From Proteromonas lacertae (taxonomy: Eukaryota), in contig NGBS01000296.1 of NCBI GenBank assembly GCA_002245135.1, positions 1 through 64,000 of the forward strand: a stretch of 64,000 nt of DNA. The letters run 5' to 3'. The position numbers were made by a program, and so were the translations under genes. The notes under the pieces are model-generated. The model had not been told where the DNA came from and ran no database searches. It was given only the letters and a program-made list of their open reading frames with translations. Shown here piece by piece: positions 62,071 to 64,000 of the stretch. How positions within the stretch are numbered: position 1 is the stretch's first letter; every line of letters begins with the position of its first letter.

Positions 62071-62117
62071 AATTGTATCATTTTTAAATATAATAATGGA
62101 ATATTAATATATATAAA

Positions 62118-63881
62118 TTATGAGAAATAAAAGTCCTTCTTCAGCACATATGTATAATTCTTTATTTTTTCTAGTTTTTCAAAAGTGATCTCTTTATTTA
62201 TTTGTTTTTCTAACGAAAGCGTAAAACTAATTGTCAAATGATGTAGTCCAATATATACTGAGTAATTATCTTTAAACAACTTACAATAACATCTAAAACA
62301 AATCCATTTGGTAGTATTAATGTATTTTATCTTATTGTTATTAATTATCGGAAAAGAATTTACTGTAGCATTTATTCCAAGAATTGAATGTGTATAATTC
62401 ATTCCATTATCAGGATTAATAAAAACATCTTCATAATGATAAGGATTGTCTTGAATAATATACATCGTATTAATTACATACTTTAGTATATTTTTAATAA
62501 ACAATGTAAATGGAGAGTTTAAATCATTATATTTTTTTATGTTACAATAGCTGCAATTTGCTAGATAATTAGACATAATTATATATTCAATTTTAATTAA
62601 TGCTATATGATTAATCAAATTGATTGGATTACTGTATATAATATAGTTTATCCAATAATGAAAATAGATTAAATCATAATAGATTACATGCTTATTCTTT
62701 AACAACGAAGGAATCCATTGTAATACATGTGAATCTCCCATAAATAGTATTATTTTATCAAATTTAGATAATGTGAATAACCTATAATTATTTTCTACAA
62801 AACTCCAATGTTTTAAAGCACTTGATCTTGTTAAATACTTCTTTGAATGAGATATTATTCTTATTCTTCTTATAAAGTAATATATAATGTATGATTGAAA
62901 CACAATAAAAATAATTAAAACCTGTAATGGTTTTAATCTACGAGTTAATGTGTTATTCTCTAAATAATAATAAGATATATATGATAATATAGTAGTAGAA
63001 AGAAATAACAAAACATTAACAATAGCTTTACCATTTTTGCATAAAAATAATAATGGATAATGTATTAAATAAGCTGAATATGATATCTTCCCAAAGAATT
63101 GATATATATTTGATGAAAGAATATCATTCGATTTGCATATCAAAATTGTAGAAGCTATTATCAAGAATATTGAATTAATTGGAAAAGGAAAATAAATACT
63201 CTTAGGGTTAATAAATAATACTAGGTAGATATATACTATTGCAGAAATGTTAGATATATTGTTATAATTTAAACGATAGTTAGAATTAAAAACAAGAATG
63301 CCAAACATAAACTCCCATAATCTTGAACTTATCAAATAATATACACTATTCAAATCCTTTCTAAAGAATAATGATGAATATATAATAGAATATAAAAAGA
63401 GTATTATTTCCATTAAATATTTCACTTTAATGCCTCGGTTCAGCAAAAATAATGAAAATATGAGATAATACTGTTCTTGTAAACAGAAATACCAATAATG
63501 TAAATTTATTGACATATCTAAAGAATCTCCAAAATAATTAACTGTTTTTTCATAAAAATGAATATTTGATCTACCTAAAAATGATGACAACAGATCTTTA
63601 TAAATTATTTCTAGCTTTGATTTGCTAATAAAAATATTACATAATATATAACACATAACCAACACAATATATCCAACTGGAATCATTCTTTTTATTCTGT
63701 TTATTAGGTAAAAATATATACTTGTTGATTTTGTAGAATATACTGAAAAATATCCGGATATTAGCATAAATATATCGACAGCAATAAAGCTGCATCTGAA
63801 TATATGAGGAAATGAATGATAAAAATAAATAAATAAAAAAGATAATCCTCTTAATCCATTAACATCATTTCTAATTTCCAT
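62118..63881 (-). CDS. OafA/OatA-like O-acyltransferase (Acyl_transf_3 + SGNH)
   Basis: RNDVNGLRG..YH, AVDIFMLISGY, HYWYFCLQEQYY, RLWEF, GKISYSAYLIHYP, MGDSH, HLT; intronless. Confidence 0.88.
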   Translation of the reverse strand: MEIRNDVNGLRGLSFLFIYFYHSFPHIFRCSFIAVDIFMLISGYFSVYSTKSTSIYFYLINRIKRMIPVGYIVLVMCYILCNIFISKSKLEIIYKDLLSSFLGRSNIHFYEKTVNYFGDSLDMSINLHYWYFCLQEQYYLIFSLFLLNRGIKVKYLMEIILFLYSIIYSSLFFRKDLNSVYYLISSRLWEFMFGILVFNSNYRLNYNNISNISAIVYIYLVLFINPKSIYFPFPINSIFLIIASTILICKSNDILSSNIYQFFGKISYSAYLIHYPLLFLCKNGKAIVNVLLFLSTTILSYISYYYLENNTLTRRLKPLQVLIIFIVFQSYIIYYFIRRIRIISHSKKYLTRSSALKHWSFVENNYRLFTLSKFDKIILFMGDSHVLQWIPSLLKNKHVIYYDLIYFHYWINYIIYSNPINLINHIALIKIEYIIMSNYLANCSYCNIKKYNDLNSPFTLFIKNILKYVINTMYIIQDNPYHYEDVFINPDNGMNYTHSILGINATVNSFPIINNNKIKYINTTKWICFRCYCKLFKDNYSVYIGLHHLTISFTLSLEKQINKEITFEKLEKIKNYTYVLKKDFYFS

Positions 63882-64000
63882 TTTAAATATTTATTATATA
63901 TCTTCAGTTAAATGATAAATTATGTATAATGAATTTAGAGAATTTATTATACAATATATTGTTATAAATGTAGCAATATGATATTCTATTTAATTCAATT

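Noticed and set aside
1..64000. tRNA, rRNA or CRISPR arrays
   Set aside because: None recognised by eye; small ncRNAs cannot be excluded without covariance-model searches.

Overview
Very AT-rich eukaryotic nuclear DNA in the standard genetic code, gene-dense, with tiny spliceosomal introns (about 26-46 nt). An axonemal dynein plus a Sig1/Ocm1-type mastigoneme protein point to a flagellated stramenopile; a Proteromonas/Blastocystis-like opalinatan is my inference only. Bases 1 to about 6123 are the right arm of an intronless Maverick/Polinton-like integrated element: probable protein-primed PolB N-terminus, OB-fold-like ORF, DDD-type integrase, four orphan ORFs and a repeat-rich terminus. After hand-splicing, the host region contains: a roughly 3,650-aa class C GPCR with about nine tandem UrtA/AmiC-like ligand-binding domains, interrupted by one in-frame TAA; a kinase pseudogene; an ankyrin-WW-kinesin-14; an FkbM methyltransferase; cwf21; an HU-CCDC81-dynein heavy chain; a single gene of about 2,000 aa with two Crinkler/RHS-type NTPase(+nuclease) modules; a 542-bp inverted copy of the GPCR tail; eIF4E; UTP21; a class I phosphodiesterase with tandem phage/bacterial PGDYG-like domains; a mastigoneme protein; a ROK kinase; a PARL rhomboid with a likely AT-AC minor intron; an RNAi-type RdRP; a dead PARL paralog; and a glycan-modification cluster. 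All assignments come from motif recognition by eye; no database searches were run.
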